From the NCBI GenBank assembly GCA_963663865.1, contig OY760686.1:2656001-2720000 (forward strand): a DNA stretch of 64,000 nucleotides, written 5' to 3'. A program made the position numbers and the translations under genes. The first letter of the stretch is position 1, and each line of letters starts with the position of its first letter. Below the pieces are notes generated by a model. The model saw nothing but the letters and a program-made list of their open reading frames with translations, did no database searches and was not told the origin of the DNA. Below, piece after piece: positions 9,536 to 20,193 of this stretch. The DNA comes from Spirochaetota bacterium (GTDB lineage: Bacteria; Spirochaetota; UBA4802; UBA5550).

Positions 9536-11209
9536 TTGAAAGGCGCACAGATACTGATTGAGTGTTTAAAAAAAGAAAATGTCGAAGTAATGTTCGGTTA
9601 TCCGGGCGGAGTTGTTATCCCAATTTTCCACCAGCTCTTCGACGCTCCCTTCAAATTCATTCTGGCCCGCCACGAGCAGGGAGCCGCTCATGCCGCTGAC
9701 GGCTACGCAAGGGCTTCGGGTAAACCCGGCGTTGTACTGGCAACATCAGGGCCCGGTGCAACAAACCTTGTAACCGGCATCGCAACCGCTCACATGGATT
9801 CTATCCCTCTCGTTGTTTTCACCGGACAGGTATCGACTAAGATGATAGGAAACGACGCTTTTCAGGAAGTCGATATCACCGGAATAACAAGACCAATTTC
9901 AAAACATAACTTTCTTGTTAAAGACGTAAATGAGCTTGCGACAACGATAAAGGAAGCTTTCCACATTGCTACGACCGGCAGGCCGGGACCAGTTGTTGTT
10001 GATATCCCTGTCGATGTTTCAAATGCTGAGTGCGACTTTCACTACCCTGACAGTATAAACCTCCGAAGCTACAAGCCCAAATACGACGGACACCCCGGGC
10101 AGATTCAGCGGGCGGTTCAGATGATTTCCGAGTCCAGGCGGCCGGTAATATATGCCGGCGGCGGTGTCGTCCTTGCCAACGCCCATGAGGAGCTGAAGGA
10201 TTTAGTAAAAAAAACCGGAATACCAGTTACCACCACCCTTCTCGGACTGGGGATATATCCTGAAACAGACAGACTGTCCCTTGAAATGCTCGGTATGCAC
10301 GGTACATTTTATGCCAACCGCGCTGTCAACGAATGCGACCTGCTCATCGCAATAGGCGCCAGATTCGATGACAGGGTAACCGGCAACACAGAGACTTTTA
10401 TACCAAACGCGAAAGTAATACACATCGACATAGACCCCGCTTCAGTAAGCAAAAATATTCCCGTAGATATTCCCATTGTTGGAGACTGTAAAAAAGTTCT
10501 CAGAGAAATCAACCGCCACATCAAAGCCCCGGACATCTCAGAATGGGTCGACTACGTGCTCAAAATCAAGGCTGAGAATCCGCTGGTGTACGAACCTAAC
10601 GGCGAAGAGATAAAGCCTCAGGAGGTGGTTGACGCAATATACAGAGAAACCAGAGGCAAGGCGGTGATATGCACGGAGGTCGGCCAAAACCAGATGTGGG
10701 CTGCTCAGTTTTACAAGTATACTGAGCCGAGAACATTCATATCATCGGGCGGCCTCGGCACCATGGGTTACGGATTTCCTGCAGCCATAGGCGCACAGCT
10801 CGCAAGGCCCGACCGGAGGGTTATAGATATTGCCGGCGACGGTTCAATACAGATGAACATTCAGGAACTCATAGTAGCCGTGCAGCACAGACTGCCTGTT
10901 ATAATAGCAATCCTTAACAACGGCTTCCTGGGGATGGTCAGGCAGTGGCAGCAGCTTTTCTACGACAGAAGATATTCTCACACCTGTATAGAAGCTGCTC
11001 CTGACTTCGTAAAGCTTGCAGAGGCTTACGGAGCTGAAGGCATCAGGGTAAAATCAAGAGAAGAGATAGTCCCGGCACTGAAGAAGGCGCTCTCAATTAC
11101 GGACCGCCCCATAGTGATTGACTTCGTTGTCTGCAAGGAAGAAAATGTCTATCCCATGGTGCCGGCAGGCAAATCCATAAAAGACATCATCATGAGGGAG
11201 ATGGCATGA
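9536..11209 (+). CDS. ilvB: Acetolactate synthase large subunit
   Basis: FGYPGG, RHEQGAAHAADGYAR, TSGPGATN, GDGS...NN ThDP motif, LGMVRQWQ. Confidence 0.97.
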   Translation: MKGAQILIECLKKENVEVMFGYPGGVVIPIFHQLFDAPFKFILARHEQGAAHAADGYARASGKPGVVLATSGPGATNLVTGIATAHMDSIPLVVFTGQVSTKMIGNDAFQEVDITGITRPISKHNFLVKDVNELATTIKEAFHIATTGRPGPVVVDIPVDVSNAECDFHYPDSINLRSYKPKYDGHPGQIQRAVQMISESRRPVIYAGGGVVLANAHEELKDLVKKTGIPVTTTLLGLGIYPETDRLSLEMLGMHGTFYANRAVNECDLLIAIGARFDDRVTGNTETFIPNAKVIHIDIDPASVSKNIPVDIPIVGDCKKVLREINRHIKAPDISEWVDYVLKIKAENPLVYEPNGEEIKPQEVVDAIYRETRGKAVICTEVGQNQMWAAQFYKYTEPRTFISSGGLGTMGYGFPAAIGAQLARPDRRVIDIAGDGSIQMNIQELIVAVQHRLPVIIAILNNGFLGMVRQWQQLFYDRRYSHTCIEAAPDFVKLAEAYGAEGIRVKSREEIVPALKKALSITDRPIVIDFVVCKEENVYPMVPAGKSIKDIIMREMA

Positions 11210-11691
11210 AACAGCATGTAATATCAGTTCAGGTGGAAAACAGATTTGGGGTTCTGGCCCGCGTCGCCGGACTGTTTTCAGCCAGAGGTTACAATATCGA
11301 CTCTCTCGCGGTAAGCAACACCGGGAATGACGATATATCCGTAATGACTATCGTTGTCAGGGGAGATGACAGAATTCTTGAGCAGGTCAAAAAACAGCTC
11401 AACAAGCTTATTGAAGTTATTAAAGTTACAGACCATACCGAATCGCATTCAATACAACGCGAATTTATTCTTGTCAGAGTTCACGCAAAACCCTCAGTCA
11501 GATCCGAAATAATTAAGCTGGGTGAGGTTTTCAACGCCAACATAGCCGAAATTGCCAGAGAGAGCATAACCCTTGGAGTGGAATGTGAACCAGAAAAAAT
11601 TAATGACTTTATAGAACTTCTCAGGCCATATGGCATTAAGGACTTAATGCGTACGGGCCGCATCTCGATGCTGAAAGATTCTGAATTTTAA
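11206..11691 (+). CDS. ilvN: Acetolactate synthase small subunit
   Basis: ACT domain VENRFGVLARVAGLFSARGYNIDSL; ATGA overlap with ilvB. Confidence 0.96.
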   Translation: MKQHVISVQVENRFGVLARVAGLFSARGYNIDSLAVSNTGNDDISVMTIVVRGDDRILEQVKKQLNKLIEVIKVTDHTESHSIQREFILVRVHAKPSVRSEIIKLGEVFNANIAEIARESITLGVECEPEKINDFIELLRPYGIKDLMRTGRISMLKDSEF

Positions 11692-11715
11692 TAAACTATT
11701 TAAAGGAGTAAAATA

Positions 11716-12711
11716 ATGGCAAAGATGTACTACGATTCCGATGCTGATCTGAATATCCTCAAGGATAAGACTATCGCTGTAATTGGATATGGAAGCCAGG
11801 GACACTCTCAGGCACAGAACCTCCGGGACAGCGGACTTAATGTAATAATCGCTGAGCTTCCGGGCACAGACAACTACAACCTTGCCGTGTCGCACAATTT
11901 CAGTCCAGTTTCTGCTAAAGAGGCGGCTGGAAAAGCGGACATCATTCAAATACTCGCTCAGGATCATATTCAGGCAAAGCTCTACGAAAACGAAGTTAAG
12001 CCCCACATGACAGCCGGCAAAACCCTTGTGTTTTCTCACGGCTTCAACATTCATTACGGAGAAATTGTGCCTCCGGCTGACGTTGATGTTATCATGATAG
12101 CTCCGAAGGGCCCGGGACACCTTGTCAGAAGCGAATACCAGAAGGGCGGCGGAGTTCCTGCTCTTATAGCTATCCAGAACAACGCTTCAGGAAAAGCAAA
12201 AGATACTGCCCTTGCCTACGCGAAGGGTATCGGCGCAACACGCGCTGGAGTTCTTGAAACATCATTCAAAGAAGAAACTGAAACTGACCTCTTCGGAGAG
12301 CAGGCGGTTCTCTGCGGCGGAGCTTCCGAACTTGTCAAAGCAGGATTCGACACACTTGTTGAAGCAGGCTACCAGCCCGAGATAGCGTACTTTGAATGCC
12401 TCCATGAGTTAAAGCTCATCGTTGATCTGTTCTACCAGGGCGGAATCAACTACATGAGATACTCTGTCTCCGACACAGCCGAGTACGGTGACTATGTAAG
12501 CGGTCCGAGAATCATAACAAAGAAAACCAGAAAAGAGATGAAAAATATTCTCAAAGAGATCCAGAACGGAAAATTCGCAAAACAGTGGATCGCTGAAAAC
12601 GAAAAGGGACGCCCCTTCTACAACAGGGTTAAAGAAGAAAACAGCAACCATCAGATTGAGAAAGTCGGCGCAGAACTAAGAAAGATGATGAAATGGATTG
12701 ATGCCAAGTAA
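11716..12711 (+). CDS. ilvC: Ketol-acid reductoisomerase
   Basis: [39 protein letters not shown]. Confidence 0.98.
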   Translation: MAKMYYDSDADLNILKDKTIAVIGYGSQGHSQAQNLRDSGLNVIIAELPGTDNYNLAVSHNFSPVSAKEAAGKADIIQILAQDHIQAKLYENEVKPHMTAGKTLVFSHGFNIHYGEIVPPADVDVIMIAPKGPGHLVRSEYQKGGGVPALIAIQNNASGKAKDTALAYAKGIGATRAGVLETSFKEETETDLFGEQAVLCGGASELVKAGFDTLVEAGYQPEIAYFECLHELKLIVDLFYQGGINYMRYSVSDTAEYGDYVSGPRIITKKTRKEMKNILKEIQNGKFAKQWIAENEKGRPFYNRVKEENSNHQIEKVGAELRKMMKWIDAK

Positions 12712-12727
12712 CATCAGCTAAAATATC

Positions 12728-12761
12728 AAAAAGCCCTCCGTTAGAAGGAGGGCTTTTTTTT
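12728..12761 (+). terminator. Rho-independent terminator of ilvBNC
   Basis: AAAAAGCCCTCC-gttagaa-GGAGGGCTTTTTTTT. Confidence 0.9.
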
Positions 12762-12805
12762 AGATAGTTTCTATTCTTTTGCATCCCGCAGAAAAGAGGT
12801 CAAAC

Positions 12806-13438
12806 ATGCCTGAAACAATAATCGGCCAGCTTCTTGATTTTTTTAGCAGCATGGGCTATCCCGGCATAGTTTTTTTGATGGCGATTGAAAGCTCATTTAT
12901 TCCATTCCCGTCTGAAGTGGTGATTCCGCCGGCTGCGTATCTGGCCCAAAAAGGCGAAATGGATTTGTTCCTGGTTGTAATATCGGGAATCGCAGGCAGC
13001 CTCGCAGGCGCAGTCGTGAATTATGTTCTGGCGAGGACACTCGGCCGGGCCGCAATTTACAGCCTTGCGGAAAAGCGCTTTGCAAGATTTCTCCTCATAA
13101 CTCCCGAAAAGGTTATGAAGAGTGAAGAGTACTTTATTAAATACGGCAATATCTCAACCTTCATAGGAAGGCTGATCGTCGGTATAAGACAGCTCATTTC
13201 CATTCCGGCGGGACTTGCCAGAATGAAGATGGGGAACTTTCTTTTCTACACAACTCTGGGCTCTTCCATATGGGTGATTATACTCGCGCTTTTAGGCTAC
13301 TACTTCGGTGAAAAACAGGAAGTTCTTGAGAGGTACTACAAAGAAATTGCCATTGTCACATCAGCTCTTTTTGCAACCGCGGCAGTTATTTATTTCTATG
13401 TGAAATTTAGAAGGAAAGCAGCGTCTGAAAAACAATAA
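12806..13438 (+). CDS. dedA: DedA family membrane protein
   Basis: ESSFIPFPSEVV, GRLIVGIRQLISIPAG; ATG 12806 with GAGG RBS. Confidence 0.9.
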   Translation: MPETIIGQLLDFFSSMGYPGIVFLMAIESSFIPFPSEVVIPPAAYLAQKGEMDLFLVVISGIAGSLAGAVVNYVLARTLGRAAIYSLAEKRFARFLLITPEKVMKSEEYFIKYGNISTFIGRLIVGIRQLISIPAGLARMKMGNFLFYTTLGSSIWVIILALLGYYFGEKQEVLERYYKEIAIVTSALFATAAVIYFYVKFRRKAASEKQ

Positions 13439-13474
13439 AGGATAAAAGCCGGTATCTTAACCGGCCTTTATCCT
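13439..13474. terminator. Probable bidirectional terminator between convergent genes
   Basis: AGGATAAAAGCCGGT-atctta-ACCGGCCTTTATCCT (15-bp stem, one mismatch). Confidence 0.6.
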
Positions 13475-13636
13475 CTTTTGTTTAGCGGAGTCAAGCGCGC
13501 ATCCAACGACAATAACATCTCCGTTAGCTGAATTAAATGTAACCTGCTGCTGCGGCTGTGACCAGTAGCCGCAAATGACATAGCCCGACTGATAACTCAT
13601 GTGATTAGGGCATTTGATACAGTTCTCTAATGTCAT
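13457..13636 (-). CDS. Small cysteine-rich hypothetical protein (59 aa)
   Basis: ATG 13636 with AGGTG RBS; MTLENCIKCPNH...ICGYW...VGCALD. Confidence 0.55.
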   Translation of the reverse strand: MTLENCIKCPNHMSYQSGYVICGYWSQPQQQVTFNSANGDVIVVGCALDSAKQKRIKAG

Positions 13637-13789
13637 AAAACACCTGTAATACCTATTCCGGCCGTATTCATACAAAAAAAGCGGCCTGTAATGATATTAC
13701 ATAAAAAACTGCATGCGCTCATCTGTCAAGACGATTGAATCTTTTATATTACTATTTTCGTGAGCATCAAAGAAGTGCTATGATGACAT

Positions 13790-15238
13790 TTATTTCCCAC
13801 CACGGTCAGGAGACGATTCCTTAAGCGTGAGTATCCTCCGTCCTGAAACCTTGACATTGGCTATCGAGTTCGGGCCGCCGATGCACCCTCCCTCACAAGA
13901 CATAACCTCAACCAGATTTCCAGGACATTCCTTAGTAGCGAATTTTTTCAGCTCTTTTATTCCTGATTTGCTTAAGCCATTCACTGTAACAGGTTTAATC
14001 TCAATGCCTTCAGCAAAGGCCGCAACCGCACCGGCAACGCCGCCTGCAAGCGGGAAGCCTCTGCCATGCTTCGTCGGCACCCTCTTCAGCTCCTCTGCTT
14101 GAACGCTTTCAGAACTGATTCCGCGCGCGGCAAAGAACGCTTCAAGCTCTTCCAGAGTCAGTACAAAGTCAACCTTACCCGACCGGATTGCTTCAACCTT
14201 CTTGGAAACACATGGACTCAGAAAAACCTTTACCGAGCCCGGATACTCCTCTTCAGCTAATTCAGCAGTGTAATACATGGGCGTTTTGGTATCTGAAATA
14301 TATGGCTTGAGCTCCGGAATATGCTTCTCAACAGCGTCAACATAGGCCGCACAGCAGGAAGTAGTCATGAACCGCTGGCCGGCTTCCATTTTATGTCTGA
14401 ATTCCTCGGCCTCACGCGCTGAAGTTATATCTGCCCCCGCGGCGACCTCAATTACATCTTCGAATCCTATCGCCTTTATCATTGCCAGGATTGTTCCTAT
14501 GCTTTCCTTAAACTGCCCGGCTGTCGCCGGAGCCATCAAAGCTACTACGTTTTTTCCGGAATTCAAAGCCCTCAGGACATCAATGATGTGCGACTTTTCC
14601 ATAATTGCCCCGAAGGGACAGTCAATCTCGCACTTTCCGCAATGGATACACTTGCTGTAGTCAATCTTTTCCTTGCCGAACTCATCCTTTGTAATGGCAT
14701 CAACCGGACATGCTTCCTCGCATGGCACTGGAACATAGACAATGGCATGATAGGGACATACATCAAGACAACGTCCGCAGTTAACGCACTTCATGGGATC
14801 AATGTGTGCATGATGGTCTATCATTGTTATGGCGTCTTTAGGGCAATTATGTATGCATGAACGAGCCATACAGCCTTTACAGGCATTGGTCACAAAGTAC
14901 TTTGTGGTAACACAGGAGCTGCACCCTTCATCAATAACCGTAAGCACATCGCCCTCAAGGCTTTCTCTTTCCAGGGCCTCAGCGGCATATTCGGATAGCG
15001 GCCTGATTTCGTCATATTCATTCTCATCTTCAGCGCTGAAGCCAAGCAGGGCCTTTATCCTGTAGTTTAGAACTGAACGGTCTTTATGAATACAGCATCG
15101 AAGGGAAAACTGTTTTTTAGGAAGCATCTCAAGCTGAATGTGGTCTACCTTCTCGACAAGCTCCTCTGAGTCAAAAAGGTTTATGAGCCTGATCATAAGT
15201 TCACGTTTTATAATAGTCGCATTGTTCTCATATCTCAT
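13790..15238 (-). CDS. Monomeric [FeFe]-hydrogenase with ferredoxin-like 4Fe-4S domains (group B-like)
   Basis: H-cluster motifs TTSCCAAY, SPCVSKKVE and EVMSCEGGCIGGP; several CxxCxxCxxxCP motifs. Confidence 0.88.
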   Translation of the reverse strand: MRYENNATIIKRELMIRLINLFDSEELVEKVDHIQLEMLPKKQFSLRCCIHKDRSVLNYRIKALLGFSAEDENEYDEIRPLSEYAAEALERESLEGDVLTVIDEGCSSCVTTKYFVTNACKGCMARSCIHNCPKDAITMIDHHAHIDPMKCVNCGRCLDVCPYHAIVYVPVPCEEACPVDAITKDEFGKEKIDYSKCIHCGKCEIDCPFGAIMEKSHIIDVLRALNSGKNVVALMAPATAGQFKESIGTILAMIKAIGFEDVIEVAAGADITSAREAEEFRHKMEAGQRFMTTSCCAAYVDAVEKHIPELKPYISDTKTPMYYTAELAEEEYPGSVKVFLSPCVSKKVEAIRSGKVDFVLTLEELEAFFAARGISSESVQAEELKRVPTKHGRGFPLAGGVAGAVAAFAEGIEIKPVTVNGLSKSGIKELKKFATKECPGNLVEVMSCEGGCIGGPNSIANVKVSGRRILTLKESSPDRGGK

Positions 15239-15376
15239 TTTACCACCTCTATGGGGCAGATAAAGTCTCTTGTATCACAATATTTTCCATAAAACAGGGG
15301 AGGGCCTGTGTGTCAATACTTATCGTCAGAAAAAACATCAGACAGGCAGGAGGGCGCCATTAAAAATCCCGGAAGG

Positions 15377-15835
15377 TTACTCTATGCCGGGCCCGACAAC
15401 AGAGCGGCGGCACACGCGTGCGCTGTCAACCACTTCGGAGGATTGAATTGTCAGACAGAGTATCTCCCCGCCCGGTAGAAGCTCATGGAAAACCGTAAAT
15501 TCCTTTTCAGCGAGAGCGTAGTTTATACAGCCCTGTTTTTTATCGAGTATATCTTTTACAAACCAGTACTTTGAATAGTCAGCGCCGAGAAGAAAAGGCT
15601 GAGGATGAAACTTTATAACTCCCCAGGACGTAAGAATGTAAAAATAGCCGGTTTTCCCTACCCTTCTCGTCTTAAGCTCTTCTGTATATCCCGGATCTGA
15701 TGCAAGCCTCGTTCTGACACCCTGAAGCTCCTTCCTGATGCTGATGCTGTCATTTACTCCCTTGCCAGCGCAGGCTCCCGATATAATAACTGCAGCAGTC
15801 AGCGGAAACAGAACAGCGGATATCAGCCTTTTCAT
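15377..15835 (-). CDS. Stand-alone Cache-domain lipoprotein
   Basis: Lipobox SGAC; VGKTGYFYIL..GVIKFHP..LLG is the classic Cache motif. Confidence 0.65.
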   Translation of the reverse strand: MKRLISAVLFPLTAAVIISGACAGKGVNDSISIRKELQGVRTRLASDPGYTEELKTRRVGKTGYFYILTSWGVIKFHPQPFLLGADYSKYWFVKDILDKKQGCINYALAEKEFTVFHELLPGGEILCLTIQSSEVVDSARVCRRSVVGPGIE

Positions 15836-15955
15836 AAGCAGAACTCTCCATCGCAAGTGAAAATAATATATATACCCTTAACATATGAGTGCATAATTCG
15901 CTTGACCTGTCAAGGGTTTCCTCTTTTAATAATCGGCATTGGACGGCGACTATTG

Positions 15956-16723
15956 ATGATTATTACAGTATATTTGATCCTTTTTCTTTTCGGTTCGATT
16001 GCCGGAAGTTTTTTTTACACACTTGCTCTCCGCTATGCTGACGGCAGCATCTCTGAGTCTCCGCTGAAGGCCCTCTTTTCCAGGTCAAGGTGCCCTTCTT
16101 GCGGCAAACCCGTTAAATATATTCTGCTAATTCCCCTGGCGGGATACATACTTGCCGGAAGAAAATGCTCAAACTGCGGAAACAGGATATCAGCGCTGTA
16201 TCCCCTTACTGAGATATTCTTCGGAGCGCTTCTCGCCGTAATGACTGCAAGACTTGGTCTCTCGGCCCATACTGTTTACCTGTACCTCGTAGTCTGTGTC
16301 GCCTCAGTTATATCCATAGTTGACATAAAGACCATGACAATCCCGGACACGCTTGTGATCATATTCGCACTTTTGTCAGTATACGCCGTATATGAAAGCC
16401 CGGTCAAGATGCACAGCCTTTACGGCGGAGCCCTTATGGCGGTATTCTTTATAACACTTCTTCTAATGTTTCCAGGTTCATTCGGAATGGGGGACCTGAA
16501 GTACTCTATTCCAATCGGGGTATTCGCGGGGATTGAACAGGCGGTTGTAATACTTGAAACAGCTCTTATCTCCGGAGCAATATTCGGGCTTATCTACGCT
16601 CTCAAATCGGGCAAAGGATTGAGGTCAAAAATCGCATTCGGCCCATTCCTGTCCTTTGGCGTGTTCATGTCGATAATGTACGGTCAGGACATTGCCCTGA
16701 TCTATTACAGGTTTATAGACTGA
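15956..16723 (+). CDS. pilD: Prepilin peptidase (A24A)
   Basis: SRCPSC...KCSNC zinc motif, RISALYP, DIKTMTIPD, GMGDLK, IAFGPFL. Confidence 0.88.
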   Translation: MIITVYLILFLFGSIAGSFFYTLALRYADGSISESPLKALFSRSRCPSCGKPVKYILLIPLAGYILAGRKCSNCGNRISALYPLTEIFFGALLAVMTARLGLSAHTVYLYLVVCVASVISIVDIKTMTIPDTLVIIFALLSVYAVYESPVKMHSLYGGALMAVFFITLLLMFPGSFGMGDLKYSIPIGVFAGIEQAVVILETALISGAIFGLIYALKSGKGLRSKIAFGPFLSFGVFMSIMYGQDIALIYYRFID

Positions 16724-17657
16724 CCGGGGCCTCTTTCTTAACCGGGATCCTGTACTTACGCATGGTAATAATATTGCCTTTTTCATTCCAGCTGACTTCG
16801 TCCATGTGAATTCTGATAATAAGTATTCCTCGTCCGCTGTTCTTAAAGAAATTCTCAGGGTCCCGCGGGTCGGGAAGGCCGGCAACGTCAAAGCCTCTGC
16901 CCTCATCCTCAATTACGTACTCCGCGTAGTCGCGTGTTATTTCACATGCAAGCTTAACCATTCTGCCCTCGAATTCTGGTTCAGCCTTTCTTAGCTCTAT
17001 TTCCTCGTTGAACCTTTTTATTCCGCCCTCCTCTCTTAACTCTGAGGATATTTCAAGATTGCCGTGAAACATGGCATTGCTTATGGCCTCGCGCAGGGCA
17101 AGTGAAACATTCTCTGCCGTTGTGTAGTTGCATAGGCCTGATGGTACCAGGTCGCGGGTAAGCCTGTAGGAGATTGTATTTATAAGCGCTGAATCAACTG
17201 GAATCGAATAGACTGTTTTCTGGTAATCGGCAAAGCGGGCAAAGTTCTCTTCAAGCTCCTTTTCCTGAATGCCCCTCACGATGGCCCTGACTGATGAGGC
17301 AACATCATTGATATCGAAGGGCTTACGGATAAAATCATTCGCGCCAAGCCTGAGGGCTGTTATGGCCTCCTCAACATTGCCATGCCCCGTAATTATCAGG
17401 ACAGGCATTGGCTTCTCCATAGCCTTGATACGCCTCAGCAGTTCAATGCCGTCCATCTTCCTGAGCTTGATATCGGTGATAACAAGGTCAATTCTCGTTT
17501 CAGCATCTTTCATCAGATACAGGAAGTCCTCGGCCTTCTCAAGCGAAAGGACATTGTAGCCCATTCGGGCAAGCTTTTTCTGAAGAGCGAAGCGGATGAC
17601 CTCCTCATCGTCAATTACGGCAATTGTCGACGCGGCTTCACTCATCGCATTCTCCAT
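16713..17657 (-). CDS. Response regulator receiver fused to an RsbW-type (anti-sigma) HATPase domain
   Basis: [26 protein letters not shown]; C-terminal [26 protein letters not shown]. Confidence 0.85.
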   Translation of the reverse strand: MENAMSEAASTIAVIDDEEVIRFALQKKLARMGYNVLSLEKAEDFLYLMKDAETRIDLVITDIKLRKMDGIELLRRIKAMEKPMPVLIITGHGNVEEAITALRLGANDFIRKPFDINDVASSVRAIVRGIQEKELEENFARFADYQKTVYSIPVDSALINTISYRLTRDLVPSGLCNYTTAENVSLALREAISNAMFHGNLEISSELREEGGIKRFNEEIELRKAEPEFEGRMVKLACEITRDYAEYVIEDEGRGFDVAGLPDPRDPENFFKNSGRGILIIRIHMDEVSWNEKGNIITMRKYRIPVKKEAPVSL

Positions 17658-18864
17658 TTACTTCTTTCCCCATTATAAGATGCCCCATCTTGTCGCGCTT
17701 TGTTTCAAGATAATGAAGGTTTTCACATCCCGGAGCAACCTCTATTGAGACCCTTTCGGTAATTTCGAGCCCGTAACCTTCAAGTCCGACGATCTTCTGC
17801 GGATTGTTTGTCATAAGCCTGATCTTCTTAAGGCCAAGATCGACAAGTATCTGGGCACCGATTCCATAGTCGCGCAGATCGTCAGGGAATCCGAGGCTTA
17901 TGTTGGCTTCCACCGTGTCAAGCCCCTCCTCCTGAAGCTTGTATGCCTTTATCTTGTTGCCGAGGCCGATGCCGCGTCCTTCCTGACGCATATAGAGTAT
18001 TACCCCTTCGCCGGCCTTTTCAATCATCTGCATGGCCCTGTGAAGCTGTGAGCCGCAGTCGCATCGCCTTGAGGCAAAAACATCGCCAGTCAGGCACTCC
18101 GAGTGGACTCTCACCAGAACATTGTCCTTACCGGCAACATCGCCTTTGACAAGCGCTACATGAGTTACATTCTCCAGATCTGACTCGTATGCCTTGATCT
18201 GAAAATTTCCATAATCGGTCGGAAGGGAGGCCTCCGATACCCGGTTTACCAGCTTCTCTGAGCGCCGCCTGTGCTCAATAATATCTGATATTGTGCCTAT
18301 CTTCAGATTGTGCTTCGCCGCGAACTTTTCAAGGTCAGGCCTCCTCGCCATGCTTCCATCGTCCTTTAGCACTTCACATATTACGGCGGCCGGTTTCAAC
18401 CCTGCCATTACCGCAAGGTCAACCGAGCCCTCTGTGTGCCCGGTCCTGACCAGAACTCCGCCCTTTCTTGCCTCAAGAGGAAAAATATGGCCCGGCTTTC
18501 TCAGGTCATCCGGCAAGGATTTATCGGATATAAGCACCTCAACTGTTTTAGCGCGGTCATAGGCCGAGATACCAGTACTCGTTTCCCTGACCGCGTCGAC
18601 AGAAACCGTGAAGGCGGTCTTGTAGCGGTCGGTATTATCCTCCCACATAGGCCGCAGGTGCAGCCGCTCAATGTAGGCTGAAGCAAGAGGAACGCATACT
18701 AGCCCCCGGCAATGGGTAACCATAAAGTTTATTATTTCCGGAGTACAATGCTCAGCGGCCACAACAAGATCGCCCTCATTCTCGCGATCCTCATTGTCGA
18801 CAAGAATGACAGGTCTTCCGCTTTTTATCTCTTCAATTAACTCTGTTACTTTGCTTGATTTCAT
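17638..18864 (-). CDS. ribBA: Bifunctional DHBP synthase / GTP cyclohydrolase II
   Basis: [44 protein letters not shown]. Confidence 0.97.
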   Translation of the reverse strand: MKSSKVTELIEEIKSGRPVILVDNEDRENEGDLVVAAEHCTPEIINFMVTHCRGLVCVPLASAYIERLHLRPMWEDNTDRYKTAFTVSVDAVRETSTGISAYDRAKTVEVLISDKSLPDDLRKPGHIFPLEARKGGVLVRTGHTEGSVDLAVMAGLKPAAVICEVLKDDGSMARRPDLEKFAAKHNLKIGTISDIIEHRRRSEKLVNRVSEASLPTDYGNFQIKAYESDLENVTHVALVKGDVAGKDNVLVRVHSECLTGDVFASRRCDCGSQLHRAMQMIEKAGEGVILYMRQEGRGIGLGNKIKAYKLQEEGLDTVEANISLGFPDDLRDYGIGAQILVDLGLKKIRLMTNNPQKIVGLEGYGLEITERVSIEVAPGCENLHYLETKRDKMGHLIMGKEVNGECDE

Positions 18865-18889
18865 TATCACCTCAAAACGGGCTAAAGTT

Positions 18890-19261
18890 TTACAGCCTCT
18901 CCGCGATTACAACCGCGCAGGCATACTTCTTTTCATGGCTGATGCTCACGTGCAGAGAACAGCGCTCCGTATTAACCCCGAACAGAGCTGCCGCCTTTTC
19001 ATTATCAGCGAAATAGGGCTTGCCTTCTCTGTCATTTAGAACTGCTATATCGCTAAAGGAGAAATCACGGCCCCCGCTGGCCTTCACAAGCGATTCCTTC
19101 ACAGCGAAACGTCCCGCCGCGTAGCCGTAGGGATTACCTTCCGGCATATGTGCAATCTCTTCTTCACTGAGGATCTTTGTCAAAAACTTTTCTCCGTACC
19201 TTCGGCACAGCTTTTCAATCCTCTTTACCTCAACAATATCCGTTCCCATGCCAATTATCAT
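18890..19261 (-). CDS. acpS: Holo-ACP synthase
   Basis: [30 protein letters not shown]. Confidence 0.93.
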   Translation of the reverse strand: MIIGMGTDIVEVKRIEKLCRRYGEKFLTKILSEEEIAHMPEGNPYGYAAGRFAVKESLVKASGGRDFSFSDIAVLNDREGKPYFADNEKAAALFGVNTERCSLHVSISHEKKYACAVVIAERL

Positions 19262-20193
19262 GCCTCATCCTCCAGTCTCTTAAGTATATCAAGAATCTCA
19301 GCGGGCCCATGCGCGGTCACAAGGGCGTTGCGCACTGAGGACGCTCCTCTGACTCCGTGGATGTAGCGGCCCATGTGCTTCCTCATCAGCACGTGCCCAT
19401 AGTCTCCATAAAACTCCATATTCATGGCGAGATGCTCACGCATCTGTCCGCATATTTCGGTGATAGTCGGCTTTCTGCCGGAGAATACCCATGGATTTCC
19501 GCAGGCTGCCCTTCCAATCATTACGAGCGCGCATCCGCTGCGGTCCTTTCTTTCGGCAGCCTCTTCAAGCGATAAAACATCACCATTGCCTATTACCGGA
19601 ACAGTCGAAACGCCGCACACCTGAGATATGACCTCCCAATCAGCCCTTCCGGAATATCCCTGAACCTTTGTGCGTCCATGGACAGTGATAAAAGACACTC
19701 CGCTTTTACACAGCTCCCTTACCAGAGGCTCCCAGCTTCCCTCAGATGAGTTCCAGCCAGTCCTGATCTTCGCGGAAACAGGAAGCTTTACGCTGTCCCT
19801 CACCTCCCTGACTATCGTGCCGGCGAGCTCAGGCTCAAGCATGAGAGACGCGCCTCCGCCCTTCCCGCCCTTAACGACCGAGGTGGCAGGGCATCCCATG
19901 TTAATATCGATAAATGCCGGCCCCATTTGCTCAGCGATCCGGGCAGCCTCCGCTATAACAGCAGGATCGCGTCCGAAAAGCTGAATTCCGATAGGCTGTT
20001 CATCAAGAGAAAACTCAAGCATCTTCATCGTCTTTTCGTTGCGCCTCACAAGACCCTCGGCGCTTATAAGCTCGGTGACGGTAAATCCCGCGCCGTGCTT
20101 TCTGGCAATTCTCCTGAAAGGGGAATCCGTGTATCCGGCAATCGGGGCCAACACCGCATCCGATTCAACCTCAAAGCTATCGGCAAAAATCAT
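19258..20193 (-). CDS. dusB: tRNA-dihydrouridine synthase
   Basis: LAPIAGYTDSPFR, QLFG, IDINMGCP, VHGRT, GNGDV, VMIGR. Confidence 0.92.
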   Translation of the reverse strand: MIFADSFEVESDAVLAPIAGYTDSPFRRIARKHGAGFTVTELISAEGLVRRNEKTMKMLEFSLDEQPIGIQLFGRDPAVIAEAARIAEQMGPAFIDINMGCPATSVVKGGKGGGASLMLEPELAGTIVREVRDSVKLPVSAKIRTGWNSSEGSWEPLVRELCKSGVSFITVHGRTKVQGYSGRADWEVISQVCGVSTVPVIGNGDVLSLEEAAERKDRSGCALVMIGRAACGNPWVFSGRKPTITEICGQMREHLAMNMEFYGDYGHVLMRKHMGRYIHGVRGASSVRNALVTAHGPAEILDILKRLEDEA

